Assembly: GCF_001194135.2 (NCBI RefSeq) | Contig: NC_068991.1 | Location: forward strand, 43,651,018-43,715,017 | Length of the DNA stretch: 64,000 nucleotides | DNA from: Octopus bimaculoides | Lineage: Eukaryota | Direction: 5' to 3' | Shown: piece after piece, positions 12,893 to 25,689 of the stretch | How the letters are laid out: every line of letters begins with the position of its first letter | Position numbering within the stretch: the stretch's first letter is position 1 | The notes under the pieces: model-generated | The model's input: only the letters and a program-made list of their open reading frames with translations | Told to the model about the DNA's origin: nothing | The model's database searches: none | Translations under genes and position numbers: made by a program

Positions 12893-13613
12893 AGTTTAGC
12901 TAATTCAGACAAAGGATCCAAGCAAATAGTACTTTGAAGACAGTTTTTCAGACCAATGGGCTAGTTATTCTACGCACACATTCGTATGTTATCTATACAC
13001 CCACATATAATGATATATATTGGAATTATACATATGTATATAGCTTTTGAAGTTGAGAACTTACATACAAATAAATGTGTGTACTCACACGTGTACAAAT
13101 AGATTGGAGGTACTCATTTTCTAAACATTGTTCCAATATATAATTGACTAGAATGGTTTTGTTAAAGTGCAATCCATGCATTGAATAAAGCAATAGTATT
13201 TGGAACAAGAGTCAAACCAGGAAGTTCGTCGTCTTTCGGGGTTCTTTTACACAAAAAATGTGTTTTTTTTTTTTAATCTTAATTCTTTCGATATTAAAAA
13301 TATTTCGTGAGTTAGATGAAATGTAATAAAGTTTGTAAAGAAGGAAACGAAAAAAATAATAACAGAAATTTTTCAAGTAAGTTACCTTAATAATAATATA
13401 GTAATAATAATGGTGATCTGTTTTGCAATTCGCTTCCAATGACAACAACCTCCGTTAATATTATAGAACCAAGGAAGGAAATATCAAAAGAAAATCTTTA
13501 AGATACACCGAAAAGGAAGAAGTATAAATTAAAGAACACAGCAAAATTATTTTCCCTGCTTATATATATGTACATCAGCATGTATATTTGTAACGTTTGA
13601 GTCAGGGTGTGTA

Positions 13614-13653
<40 letters not shown>

Positions 13654-13669
13654 NNNNNNNNNNNNNNNN

Positions 13670-13712
<43 letters not shown>

Positions 13713-14377
13713 GTTCAAGGCAAATCCTTCTTAAAGGCAAGGAACGATTGGGGCAAGAATCCTGTTTTCAAGTATTCGTTTGGATCAGAAATTCTCTTTT
13801 AAGGAAGGCATTGACCGCCAGCAAACTGCGAAGGATAATAGAAGCATGGAACTGTGGTTCGCTCTGAAAATAAATCCTGGTTACGGTTGCCCCTGAAACA
13901 GTTTACCAAACCACGCGCGGGCAATCCTTTTCCTTCGATAAAACAAAACAACCATCTCTCTTCGAGAGCGAATAGGTTCGTTTTCTTTTTCTTCAATTGC
14001 AACTTAACCCTGGAGAAGGTACTCTCTATAACAATTTCCCATGCCGCAGAAATACAATAGTTTTCATCTCTTTTCTTTTCTTTTTTCCCCAACTATGATG
14101 CCGAATTTCTTTCCCAGTCAGAATCTGTACGCGTATGAGTACTACATCACAAATTTTGCTTAAATTCGCACACACACAAATTTATTGTATAACTAGCGTA
14201 AAACGTCATAGCTACACATATTCTATGAAACTCACAGTTCTGTACATATTTAGTGTACTGTAAATGATCTCGTCCTGTAGATGTTGTTGTTTTGTTTTTG
14301 TAAAGCAGCATTGAGAAACAGCAAAGAAAGTAAAACACCTCAGGGGGAAAAATAAGGATACATTGAACGCTTCCATC
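12893..14377. promoter_or_regulatory. Shared divergent promoter and 5'UTR region of DESI2 and BCKDHA
   Basis: The start codons face away from each other, 1485 bp apart. CpG dinucleotides are visibly more frequent here than in the gene bodies. An ETS-like CAGGAAGT lies at 13218-13225. TSS positions cannot be determined from sequence. Confidence 0.6.
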
Positions 14378-14485
14378 ATGACTAGCTACTTTGGCAGAAA
14401 ATGCCTTCAGAATTGTTTCAGATTGTTGAAATACCAGAATGTTAAAGTACCTTTACAATCATCACGCCATATTAGTGTTTCACCT
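14378..14485 (+). CDS. BCKDHA: BCKDHA exon 1 (mitochondrial transit peptide, 36 aa)
   Basis: MTSYFGRKCLQNCFRLLKYQNVKVPLQSSRHISVSP is rich in R/K/S/L and has no acidic residues. It ends CCT|gtaagt in phase 0, compatible with exon 2. It is linked to exon 2 across a 20.9-kb intron by inference. Confidence 0.8.
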
Positions 14486-15467
14486 GTAAGTATTATTATT
14501 TATATGAATGTAAATAACAAGTTTCTCATAGCTAAGGAAGCTGCTCTCTTTTGATGTTTTATGTGTGAAGAAAACATTTTGTATGGGACAAAGGGAGCTG
14601 TAGAATTAATTTAATGACCTCGGCCGACAACTTACCATTTACAAAACAAAGAAAAGATTAAGTGGTCAACGCCGCTGACATTTAAACAAAGCACTAAGCA
14701 ATATGAAGTCCTTAGTTTTTGTTTATTGTAACAATTCTTTCATTTATATGTATATATGTGACGTGTATGTAATATTAATGAGTTTGTTTTTGTGACCGAG
14801 AAAGTTAAAGTCGAGGTTTTCACCTTGAACAAATATAGCAGACCTCTTAATCTAACGCGGTGACTTTTACGTAGTTACTCGACCTGCTAGAAATATAACC
14901 AAACAGCCACCTAATTACACTCTACCATCATAAATCAAGCAAGGACATAATGAGGAGTGTAGCCACAAACTGCAAAAAAGGCAGAGTGATCGTGGTTGGA
15001 ACACCTTTGCTATTAGTCTGCTTCATCAGGGCTGGCCCGGAACTGAATAATAACGTGCAAGACGTAAATTTTACAGTATCTTTTATATTGCTGAAGCTTG
15101 GTGTTGCCTTCAGAGTTCAACTAATCTAAATAATGCAGTTTAGGCTGATTAGGGCTGTGCAGGCCCTTACTATTTATTTGTATCTTTTGGGGGTACTTAC
15201 TCAAGCGTGAATCCTTTTAATCTCCTCTAAACTTTATAATTATTTTCTTAGATTACGAATGCATTTATATATTAGTTACATAGATGAAAAAAAATTATGA
15301 GTATCTTGTAATCGAGCAAAATCTTGTCAGTTTATTTGGAAATTGGTCCTGAATGATGAGATTTTTGCGAAATCGAAAAACCACCTTCCCCTCCTAGCAA
15401 AGCAATGCACTGGTGCCGTATAGTATTTACTTATTGACAGTAAACCACAGCATACATAGATCAACGT

Positions 15468-16400
15468 TTATTCTGTCTGATTGCCCTCCTCCTCTCGTGG
15501 TGGCTTCCAGTATTTCCCAATGTTCACCACTTTGCCATTTCTGCGCACCCACTTCGCTGTGTCGTCCCCCGATTGCTTAGCCTGATCTTGTTTCTCTTTG
15601 AACTCCTTGAACAATGCTTCTTCCTCTTTCCTCTCTGAGGGTGTCATGTCTTTTCTCGCACTGACGTTTCTGATCAGCTTGGGTTCATCCTCTTCATCTT
15701 GTTTTTTTTTTTGCTGCTTTCTTAACTTTCCAGAAAGCTTGGAGAACTTCATCCCTGGAGTGTTGGTTGGAGAACAAAAGCCTCAGTGGTCTAGGATTCT
15801 TTGCTTTTGTTTTTGCTACTACAAGGTTTCCAAGTCTGCGGACATCTTTTGGGTCATGCAGGCTATCCAAGCAGTCAGTCTCTTCCATGAACTTCTTTAC
15901 AATGCCAACATCTTCCTGTCTTCTTTTCTCTTTATCTTCCATAGTTGGTTCATCCAGTCCAAATATGACCAAATTTTTTCTCCTTCATGCTCTGTCTTCC
16001 AACTCCTCTTTTTGCTCTCTAGCTTTCTTCTCCATCAATTTCTCAATGTCATTTTTACTAATATCTGCTCCTGACGTTTGATTTGCTGCAACTCCTACCA
16101 CTCACAATGTCTTCACTGCTTCTGCCATCTTAAGTGGAAATTTTCCCACTTCAGTCTTTTGAAGCCTGTTCTTCATTTCCTTCATTTCACTCTCAAGAGA
16201 GTTCATTCTATCTTCCATCATGCCAAATCTAAGGAGGAACTTCCTGGCTAGCTTATTGCATGGTTTGGGACAATACCAATGGAGGCCAGATTCCTGTTCC
16301 CTTTGATTTGCTTCTGCTCTGATTGCCTTGAACAGTGATTCGCCAAAACCCACACATTTTGCGTACTTCCGGATGTACTCACTCTGCCAATCTCAATTGT
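15468..16400 (-). mobile_element. CR1-clade LINE ORF1 (degenerate PHD, coiled coil, RRM/Tnp22-like domain), inverted relative to ORF2
   Basis: The minus ORFs join to give AKCVG...LHWYCPKPC...MEDRMNSLESEMKEMK...RRKNLVIFGLDE...VRRLG...PRPLRLLF...RKDMTPSERKEE...*, with 2 stops and 1 frameshift. Confidence 0.75.
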
Positions 16401-17998
16401 CTACAGAAAATCAGTGGAGACAAGCAAAATCCCAGATGAGTGGAGAACTGCTAACATGACCCCCATATTCAAGAAAGGGAGCCGTTTTGCAGTCAACAAC
16501 TACAGGCCAGTAAGCTTGACCTGTGTACTGTGCAAGGTGATGGAGGTGCTTGTTCGTGAGCACATGATTTAACACCTGCGACGAAATGACCTCATCAACC
16601 AAGAACAGCATGGGTTCACAAAGGAGAGATCATGTGTGACACAACTGCTTGACGTTCTTGACATCTGGACAGAGGTCTTGGATGCAGTGGGAGGAGACGA
16701 TGCAATCTACATGGATTACATGAAAGTATTTGACAGCGTCCCACATCGTAGGCTTGTAGCCAAAGTAGAAGCTCATGGTATCAAGGGAAATGTTTTTCAC
16801 TGAATCCGGGACTTCTTGAGCCACTGGTCACAATGAGTCTGTGTCAATGGTATGAAGTCAGAGAGGGGAGAAGTGACAAGTGGCATCCCACAAGGCAGTG
16901 TCATTGGCCCAATACAGTTTCTCATGTTTATAAACGATTTGCCTTGGCATGTCCAGAGCCACGTCAGGTTATTTGCTGACGACACAAAGATCTTTGCAAG
17001 GAATGACGTTGATGTGACCATGGCAATACTGCAACACGACCTGATCGCCTTCACTAGTGGCCAGCGAACTGGCAAATGTGGTTCCATCCTGAGAAGTGTT
17101 CCATCTTGAGAGTGGGGAACCCGAAGACGAACAAGAAATACTACATGAGAGGCCAGGATGCACAGGTGGAACGGACTGTGGTGGAGCTAGCAGAAAGTGA
17201 GGTGGAGGGGGATCTTGGCGTCTTGATCGACAAAGAGCTGACCTTCATGAATCACATAAATCAAGCAACTGCAAAAGCAAATCAAATCCTTGGAGTCATC
17301 CGACGATCATTTGACTTCATCACTCCTGTTGTCTTCGTCCAGCTGTACAAGTCTCTAGTTTGCCAGATTCTTGAATATGAACACACAGTTTGGCAACCCT
17401 GGCTTAAGGCAATGTTGCGAGTTGGAGGATGTTCAGAGGCATGCCACCAAACTCATTGCATCCTAGAAAGAAAAGCCATACCTAGAGCGCTTGGCTGCAC
17501 TAAACCTGCCTAGTCTCGAACATTGGGGATATGATCAACATGTATAAGTATATGCACAACCTGTACCTGACCAACTGCCCTCAATTCAACTACTTCCAAG
17601 GCAGAAATACGTGAGGACACAGCCTGAAATTGGAAATATCACACTGCAAGCTCAACATTAGAAGCTGCTTTTTCCTACAGCGTGTGACCGCCACCTGGAA
17701 CAGTCTGCCAAACAGTGTGGTCGCAGCTCCATCAGTCAATGCCTTCAAGAACAGGCTTGACGCACACTGGAGGGAGCTTCCTGCAAAATTTGACCCTGTC
17801 TGTTACTATTAACCACAACTGTCGAAGTGTTGCACCACACATGACAAATGAATTGTACTAGTAGAAAAGGACCTGTGAACAAGCTCCTAGGAGCTTCAAC
17901 ACAGAAACCATCCAGTATCCAGTAACATAGGGCCCCAAGAACTGTGCCTTTGAGCTTATGCCGCAACTCAACAGTGATCACTATTTGAAAAAAAAAAA
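16400..17998 (+). mobile_element. CR1-clade LINE ORF2, RT half plus 3'UTR
   Basis: IPDEWRTANMTPIFKKG, NYRPVSLT, QHGFTKERSC, VFDSVPH, SGIPQGSVIGP, LFADDTK, DLGVLIDKEL and FFLQRVTATWNSLP; A-run at about 17988-17998. GC content is higher than the flanks. Confidence 0.9.
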
Positions 17999-18512
17999 GG
18001 TGGGTTTGGGGTTGACTGATTCTTAGATTTTCATGATTACAACCTTACTAGTTCTGCCATTCTTCCAGCCTCTTATACTGGGTGATTGAGCGATGAGGGT
18101 GTTTGAAATACTGGTGTTATTCATGAATAATAAAAGTAATTTATGTTCAAATTGCATTTGTGTTCTCATCTAAAGTGCATTTTGCACGAGAGTTTTTTTG
18201 TATTTTTTTTTTAACTCACTAGCGTAACTTACAAGGGCAATTAGGTCAGGGGTCAGTGTAGTGACCCCTGGCCATATTACAACTATTTTTTGTAATTTTT
18301 CTGAACAAACAAAAAGATGCAAGAAATTGTTTTTGTCAAGGAGCCATTTTATTATACCAGATATTGTGTTCATTTTAATATATTCATTGTATATATTTGT
18401 AATGTTGCTCTGTGATAAAAATTATTCATGTAGTTGTCTCTTTTCATACCAAGTTCATAGCCTTCCGCGATTATAAATATTATGGTTTTGACTTTCATTT
18501 ATGTAACTATAT

Positions 18513-18705
18513 CAGTGGTTTCCACATGGGATCCTCTCAAATGTTACTAGGGGTCTGAGAGATATGTTCAAATTTTTAAAAGGTTGTATTGGGAGATGAA
18601 AGTGGGGAAAACGGGACCGTTAATAAAGTTGATTTGTTTAGTAGATAGACCTTTCAGAAGTCTATTGTCTTTGGAAAAATTCATTAAAATTTTTGGGAAC
18701 CACTT
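18513..18705. mobile_element. hAT (Charlie-like) MITE
   Basis: Termini CAGTGGTTTCCA ... TGGGAACCACTT, with a perfect 8-bp TSD AACTATAT at 18505-18512 and 18706-18713. Confidence 0.85.
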
Positions 18706-19137
18706 AACTATATTATCTCACTATAGATGGACTGCTGCTGCTGTTACTAATATTACTTACTCGGTAGATAAATTGTCTGAAAGTTATTGAAGTCATAATC
18801 TCTTTACATTGCAAGATCACATTCATCAGTTGTTGATTTATAAATAACCATGGTATGTTAGGATCCGATTCACTCAATTATATTTCTCCATATAATTCTG
18901 GAGCCTTGTCCCAATATAAGAAATTATTAGAGCAATTTTTCTTAACCTTAAAAATTACTTGATTTTACTTGTATTTTCATTATGTTTTATCCCTATTTTT
19001 CAACTTTATTGACAGATTTTAACCCTATTTTAACCTTATTATTGTTAATAAATCCATAAACATTTGGGAGTTCACTCTAGTTTACATTACTGAATGATAT
19101 ATGAATATTATTAAAACAATTTCTAAAAAAGCTATTA

Positions 19138-19290
19138 CAGTAATCCCTTGACTATCGCAGGTGTTACGTTCCAAAACCCCCTGCAATCGGTGAAAATCCA
19201 AGAAGTAGAAACAATACTGTACTGAATAATTCTTTTTTTATAAGCGACGTAAGCTTAAATAATAAACCGCGATATGGCGAGGGATTATTG
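19138..19290. mobile_element. pogo/Tigger-like MITE
   Basis: TA-CAGTAATCCCTTGACTATCGCAGG ... CCGCGATATGGCGAGGGATTATTG-TA: about 24-bp imperfect TIRs and a TA TSD. Confidence 0.8.
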
Positions 19291-19729
19291 TATTCTTTTA
19301 TTTTTTTACTTGTTTTTTACTTGTCATTGACTGTGGCCATGCTGGAGCACCACTTTTAGTTGAACAAATCAACCCCAGGACTTATTCTTTGTAAGCCTAG
19401 TACTTATCCTATCAGTCTCTTTTGTCAAAGCGCTAAGTTACGGGGTCATAAGCACACCAACATTGGTTGTCAAGTGATGGTGGGGAACAAACATAGACAC
19501 AAATATATACATATATACCATGGCTTCTTTCAGTTTCCATCTACCAAATCCACTCACAAGGCTTTGGTTGGCCCAAGGCTATAATAGAAGATACTTGCCC
19601 AAGGTGCCATGCAGNNNNNNNNNNCTATAATAGAAGATACTTGCCCAAGGTGCCATGCAGTAGGACTGAACCTGGAACCATGTGGTTGGGAAGCAAGCTT
19701 CTTACCACAAAGCCATGCCTGTAGAAATT

Positions 19730-20800
19730 TATTATAGTACAATATGATATAATGCTTTATTTGTGGGCAAAAAATTCCTGTCTTTTACAAGGATTTTTTG
19801 CAGCATTGAAAAACAATGTTCTACAGTAGCTAATGTCACATAGCATTGTATCAGGTCTGCATATTCTGCGGGTGAAACTTTGGAGTTCATTAGTTGAATT
19901 ATCAAATTGATTTGGTTTTTATTGAATCTAAATCAATGTAATTCATGATGCAACATGGGTCATTGACTCAGCTTTTAAACTCATCTCTTTCAACTGCAGA
20001 TAGTTTGAACAGATTTGGGTGAGGTTGGTCCTGATTTTGTACAGCTTCTTTCACTCCCTGCACCAAAATATCTTTGCTCTTAAAACTCTCTACAAGGTTT
20101 TTGACATAGTAATTGTAGGCATCCACCCAACTACCCTACTTGGTCATAATTGGCTGATTGGGATATTGGATTGTTTTGAATTGCTTTGGGTAGTGTTTTT
20201 TTACAGTAGCAACCATGATGGTAACAAACAACTGCAGGATAGAACACCTTTATTTTTAGAGCACAGTTGTGCAATAAGTGTGAGAAGTGGGTTACATGGA
20301 AGAGCTTATATTATGTAACTTGCAATGTTTTTCCAGCAGCCACGCTATACCAAGCTGCATGAGATAACTGTAGGAGGAACTTTTCTCTTGGAACTGCCAT
20401 ACTTAGCGAATCATTGATGATCTGAGTGATGACTGCAGCAGTTAGAGCTGATTTGAGTAGCAAACATTCTATTAAGAACGTTTTTTGAGGATTTTTAACT
20501 GAACAAATAAGTACATTAACGATTTTTTTTGTCATCAATCTCACTTACATCAACATTAAAAAAAAAATTTTTATCAGCCAGGCAGCTCTTGTGATTTTCA
20601 ACTGTGTTTGCACTAAGCATATCGACGTATTTTTGGCATGTAGGTTGAGATGACAGTAATTTATTGATAGAATCAAAGGGATTTCTCAAATTTGGATTAC
20701 TGAGTTTGTAGAAAGGAATGTTGGCCTCAAGAAACACTCTGATCACTATTGTGATCACTATTTGTGAATTCAAGGGCTTTTGTCTTGTGACTTGCTTTTG
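19730..20800 (-). mobile_element. Degraded hAT-superfamily transposase (CGGBP1-like type)
   Basis: Minus-strand fragments: FLEANIPFYKLSNPNLR, FFNVDV, IVNVLI, FLLQLSHAAWY (from SDAA.Y), LFHVT..HLLHNCA, PIMTK*GSW (from TRWGSW) and TVEHCFSML.KIL.KDRNF. Confidence 0.65.
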
Positions 20801-20841
20801 ACTTTGGCATATGATTTAAGAATAAGAAAGTCATAATAATC

Positions 20842-21510
20842 TGTTATAGTGAAAATGGTACTCCCCTTCCCATGTGACAAAGTGGTATGAAGCAGCCACT
20901 ATAAAGTCAGATAGTCAGTTGTAGGAGGTCAGTAGTAGTAGAATCATTGTAGGAGTTCTTAGTTGGAGTCAGTGTCAGTTACGCGATGTATATGAGCTCG
21001 ACTTACCGTCAAGGTAGATGTTTCAAAGTCATTGTCTTGCGGAGCTATCAGTGATAGCATGATAGATGAGTCAAAGAAATGTAAGATGCAGAATACTGCC
21101 ACAACATAATAGTGGCAACAAGAATATTACAGTGCCAACAACAACATTCAAGTGGACCAGGATCCACATTATAACAGTGGCAACAAGGATATAAACAATT
21201 CACACGGACAACATTGAACAAAAAGAAAATTTTTTTTCACAAGAAAATAATTCATGTGTATGACGTTAAGAAATTTTTCACATGGAGAAATTAAAAACTT
21301 GACAGAGGACTAACAAACATTTTTGTTGTGCATATTTTACAAAAAAATCCGTGAAATTATGGAAAACTTGTTAGAGGGTCTAGTTGAGTTGCAACAACAA
21401 CAACTCAAAGAACAACAAATGTTACAGCGACAAATGCTACAACTAATGAAGTTGGTAATAAAACTGGAAAATACTTCTGGCCAAGACTCTCATTTTTGAA
21501 TAGGCAATGT
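20842..21510 (+). mobile_element. Gypsy-like LTR retrotransposon 5' relic (LTR, PBS, gag start)
   Basis: TGTTAT(20842)...ATAACA(21176) inverted termini are followed directly by GTGGCAACAAGGAT (PBS-like). A Q-rich gag-like start MENLLEGLVELQQQQLKEQQ lies at 21359-21499. Confidence 0.55.
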
Positions 21511-24435
21511 ATAATGATACATATATATGTAAAGAGGTAAACATAAATTTCCCAACATGATCATTAAAAACATTTAATTAATTTATTTGAAAATAAGAAA
21601 TTTTTTATTCTTAATAGTTTGGCCGATGCCAGTACCACCTGACTGGCACACATGCCACTGGCACTTAAAAAGCATCATTTGAGCATGGCTGATACCAGTG
21701 CTACCTGAATGGCACCCATGCTGATGGCATGTAAAAAGCACAATTTGATTGTGGCCAGTGTTGCCTGACTGGCTCTCATGCCAATGGCACGTAAAAAGCA
21801 CCCACTATACTCCTGGCGTGGTTGGCACTAGGAAGGGCGTCCAGCTGTAGAAACCTTGCCAAATCAGATAGGAGCTTGGTGCAGCCTCCTGGCTTGCCAG
21901 TTCTCAGTCAAACTGTCCAACCCATGCCAGGATGGAAAGCAGATGTTAAATGATAATGATGATGTATCTTAATAAGTTAACTAAGTGACTCTAACAATCC
22001 TGTTGAGAAATGTGTGTTTGTGTATATGCTTACATACAGACACACACAGACAAAATAATAATATTGCTGTCATGAATTATTACCAGAGCTAGAAAAGAAG
22101 TTTCAAATATGGAAGCAAGGTCTAGAATCGAAGGGCCTTAGAGTTAACCTAGCAAAAACCAATTTAAGCCCATGAGACCTTATTGAGTAAGATCATCTGG
22201 CTTGCTTTCAGTTTGAATATGAGTCACAAAGCTACGATACTATTTCAACTTTAAAATAAATTTTTAGCCCTATGCTCCAAAGCATTAAACAGATTAGAGA
22301 TAATCGTTCTTTTTTGTGTAGAACTCTAATCTTTTGTAGTTAACACTCCCAGCAGATTTGGCACCCATTTCCCAAAATAGATCAACTGAATTTTACAATA
22401 TGCTTTTGTTTTATGCTCTCACTCAGTCTGGAAGATATATAAAGCATATATAAACACAAATAGTAACATTACTTCATTTGCTCTAAATACAGTAATGGGA
22501 TGCACAGCAAGTGTATAAGAACAGCAGCTGTTACTTGGACTGAGTTCACTTTGCCCATATCCTTTGTAATCATCACAAGAACTTAATCATACAAATGAAC
22601 AATCAAAGAGGCCTGTACTTGGTTGTTCAATCTTTTGGAAATAGCATCCAAATCTCTCTGAAATGACTTTCTACTATCTTAGAAAAAAATGCACATGTTA
22701 GATAATGTGGCTCTGAATACATTGTGACTAGGAAATGGACAGGATGGTCATGGTTGGGATGCCTTTAATAATAGGTTTGCTACGACAAACAGTCCAAAAG
22801 CAGTGGGGCTGCAGAGTTAAAAAAAGCACAACATATCTTGAGTGCACAGTGTAGGCCTCAACTATAAAGAGGTTGGGTATATTTGGAATACTGATCTGTT
22901 GATTGAAGCTAGTCATTAAAATGAATACATGTCAAAGGTTTGTATAATCTGTGTCGCAGCAACTAGGTATCTTTTACTTGTGGCCATGTTGGGGCACCAT
23001 CTCAAAGGGTTTACTTGAACAAATCCAAGTACTTATTTTTTAAAGCCTGGTACTTATTCCATTGGTCTCTTTGGCAAGCCACTGGGTTACAGGGATGTAA
23101 ATAAACCAACACCAGCAACCAAATGGTTGGGTGGAGGACAAACACAAAGACACACACACACACATACAACGAGCTTTCAGCTTCTGTCTACCAAATCTGC
23201 TCACAAGGCTTTTGTCAGCCCAGGTCCATAGTAGAAGACATTTGTCCCAGGTACCATGTAGTGGGATCAAACCTGGAATTATGTGGTTGGGATGCAAATT
23301 TCTTACCACACAGCCCCCCTTGTGTCTAAACGCTAGTATATGTAAATTTAGGTGTAATTAGAAATATAACAAAAGAATTACATCAGCTGGAGTGAATCAT
23401 TATTCATGAATAGGAAAGACAATGCCATTCATGTCCAGTAAGCTTTTTATCCTCCATATTTAAGTAATGTTATATCTTTTTACCATTATATTTTCTTGTT
23501 TTACTGATATTTTTTTAATAAATGTTAACTACAGTATTGTCTCTTAATGTTTATCATTTTACTTCTCATGTTTAAATCGGTTGTGCAGGTCTTTTTCTAG
23601 TACAGGCTCTTGCCAGTTGCTGCAGTCTTTTCTTATTCTATTTGTAAGGATCAACCTATTGAATCATCTTTCACCATTTCTTCCCATATTTTCTTTGGTC
23701 TTCTTCTTCAGTGGATTTCTTCCACTTGGCTCAATTAGCACTCGTTTACTCAACTATTTATGTAAAACTGTGTATATGTATATACATGCATCTGCTGCAT
23801 TACAGTTATACCTCCAGTTACGGAATTTCACACTTACAGAAATTGTAAAGTATTACTGTTTATTCTAGAATATGTCTGTAATTTTACCCTTTCAGAAACT
23901 TGGATAAATTTTAACAATTTAAAAATTCACTTTCTTCTTATCCCAAAGGCTGAGTTAATTTGAGAAATTATAATCACAATACATGCATACATATACATAC
24001 ACAAACATGCATATATCCTGATACATACACACACACACACACACACCCCTTCAGTACCAACACAACCACCAGCAACAATAGCTTGAACTTAGAATGGTCA
24101 TAGCTGGAATGTTTTTCATTATAAGTCTACTTACTCATGGCTAGCCTGGAGTTAACAACAATAACCGTTGATGTGTGAAGTAGTTTCCTTTACTATTTGA
24201 ATAAAAGCAACTTTTTCTTACATTGGTGCATTATGTATGAGGAGAAGAAAAGTTGATAATATTACTTTAACTCTTTGGCATTTAAACTAGCCAGATTTGA
24301 CCCAAATATTCTACCTATTTTATGTACAAACTGGCCTGCTTTTTAGCCTCTCACATCTACCCCATAATATCATTCTGAAAATAAACAATTACATCATCAA
24401 AATCTCAAAGCTACAAATAATGCATCATTAATTAT

Positions 24436-25125
24436 AAATGCATGTGTGGCTGTGTGGTAAGAAGCTTGCTTCCCAACCACATGGTTTCGGGTTCAATATC
24501 ACTGTGTGGCACCTTGGGCAAATGTCTTCCAATATAGTCTCAGGCTAATTAAAGCTTTGTGAATGGCTTTGGTAGACAGAAACTGATAAAAGTCCATTGT
24601 GTGTGTGTGTATGTGTATAATATTATATAGGTAGTTAGGGTAAATCCCAGCTGTTTCTTCTTGAAGCACATCTGCTTATTCCATTATTATAATCAATATG
24701 TATCCATAGTTACTGTTGTATGTAAATTGAACACATTAAAATGGAGAATTATGGAAATATTATTTGCAGTGTTGTTGAATAACAAAACTGGAAAATGGAA
24801 ATAATTTGGTATTATTTATTCTCCTATTAGAAATTCTTTATATGTCTATATAATGTGTAAACCTTTGTAATTCCTATTAGCAAAAGAAACACATTTAATG
24901 GAGAATAAATAATAGCAAATTATTTCCATTTTCCTGTTTTGTTTTATGTGTTTGTGTTTGTCCCTGACCACCACTTGACAACCAGTGTTGGTGTGTTTAC
25001 ATACTTGTTATGTAGTGGTTTGGCAAAAGAGACTGATAGAATAAGTAGCAGGCTTTAAAAAAATAAGTACATTCAATAAACGTTTTGCATGGCTGCAGTC
25101 TAATGACTGAAACAAGTAAAAGAAT
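24436..25125 (+). mobile_element. tRNA-derived CORE-type SINE (representative copy of an abundant family)
   Basis: GTGGCTGTGTGGTAAGAAGCTTGCTTCCCAACCAC..GGTTC..GGCACCTTGGGCAA head and core, then (TG)n. Further copies lie at about 2055-2165, 5720-5900, 19318-19720, 22975-23320, 34778-35160, 36735-37135, 37575-37920, 39590-39770 and 45900-46210. Confidence 0.75.
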
Positions 25126-25689
25126 TCAAAACAATGTGAATAAATAAGCATTACATCTGACAGTAATCTGAATGCTAAAGAGTTAATTAAGCTAGTTTGT
25201 TGCCAGTTCCACTGGACTGGCTCCTGTGCAGGTGGCACGTAAAATACACCATTTTGAGCGTGGCCATTGCCAGTACCTCCTGACTGGCCTTCGTGCTGGT
25301 GGCACGTAAAAGTACCCACTACACTCTCGGAGTGGTTGGCGTTAGGAAGGGCATCCAGCTGTAGAAACTCTGCCAAATCAGATTGGATCCTGGGTGTAGC
25401 CATCTGGTTCACCAGTCCTCAGTCAAATCATCCAACCCATGCTAGCATGGAAAGCGGACGTTAAACGATGATGATGATGATGATGATGATGATGACGATC
25501 AAGCTATAGAATTTACATGTGTATATCAGTGTGTAGGTTAGGCATATTTATGTGTATTTGGACTACCCTTTTATTTTAATTACTCACAATGCGTTCACAT
25601 GATGAAATGCTTTGTTAGAATAAATTAATTTTTTAATTTAAACTCTATGCTATATGACAGAGGTGTGTAATAATTGTTTCTGATTTAGG

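Noticed and set aside
19579-19660. Direct repeats flanking 10-N gaps (also 32982-33050)
   Set aside because: Identical sequence on both sides of a short gap is a typical contig-overlap artefact, not a CRISPR-like or biological repeat.
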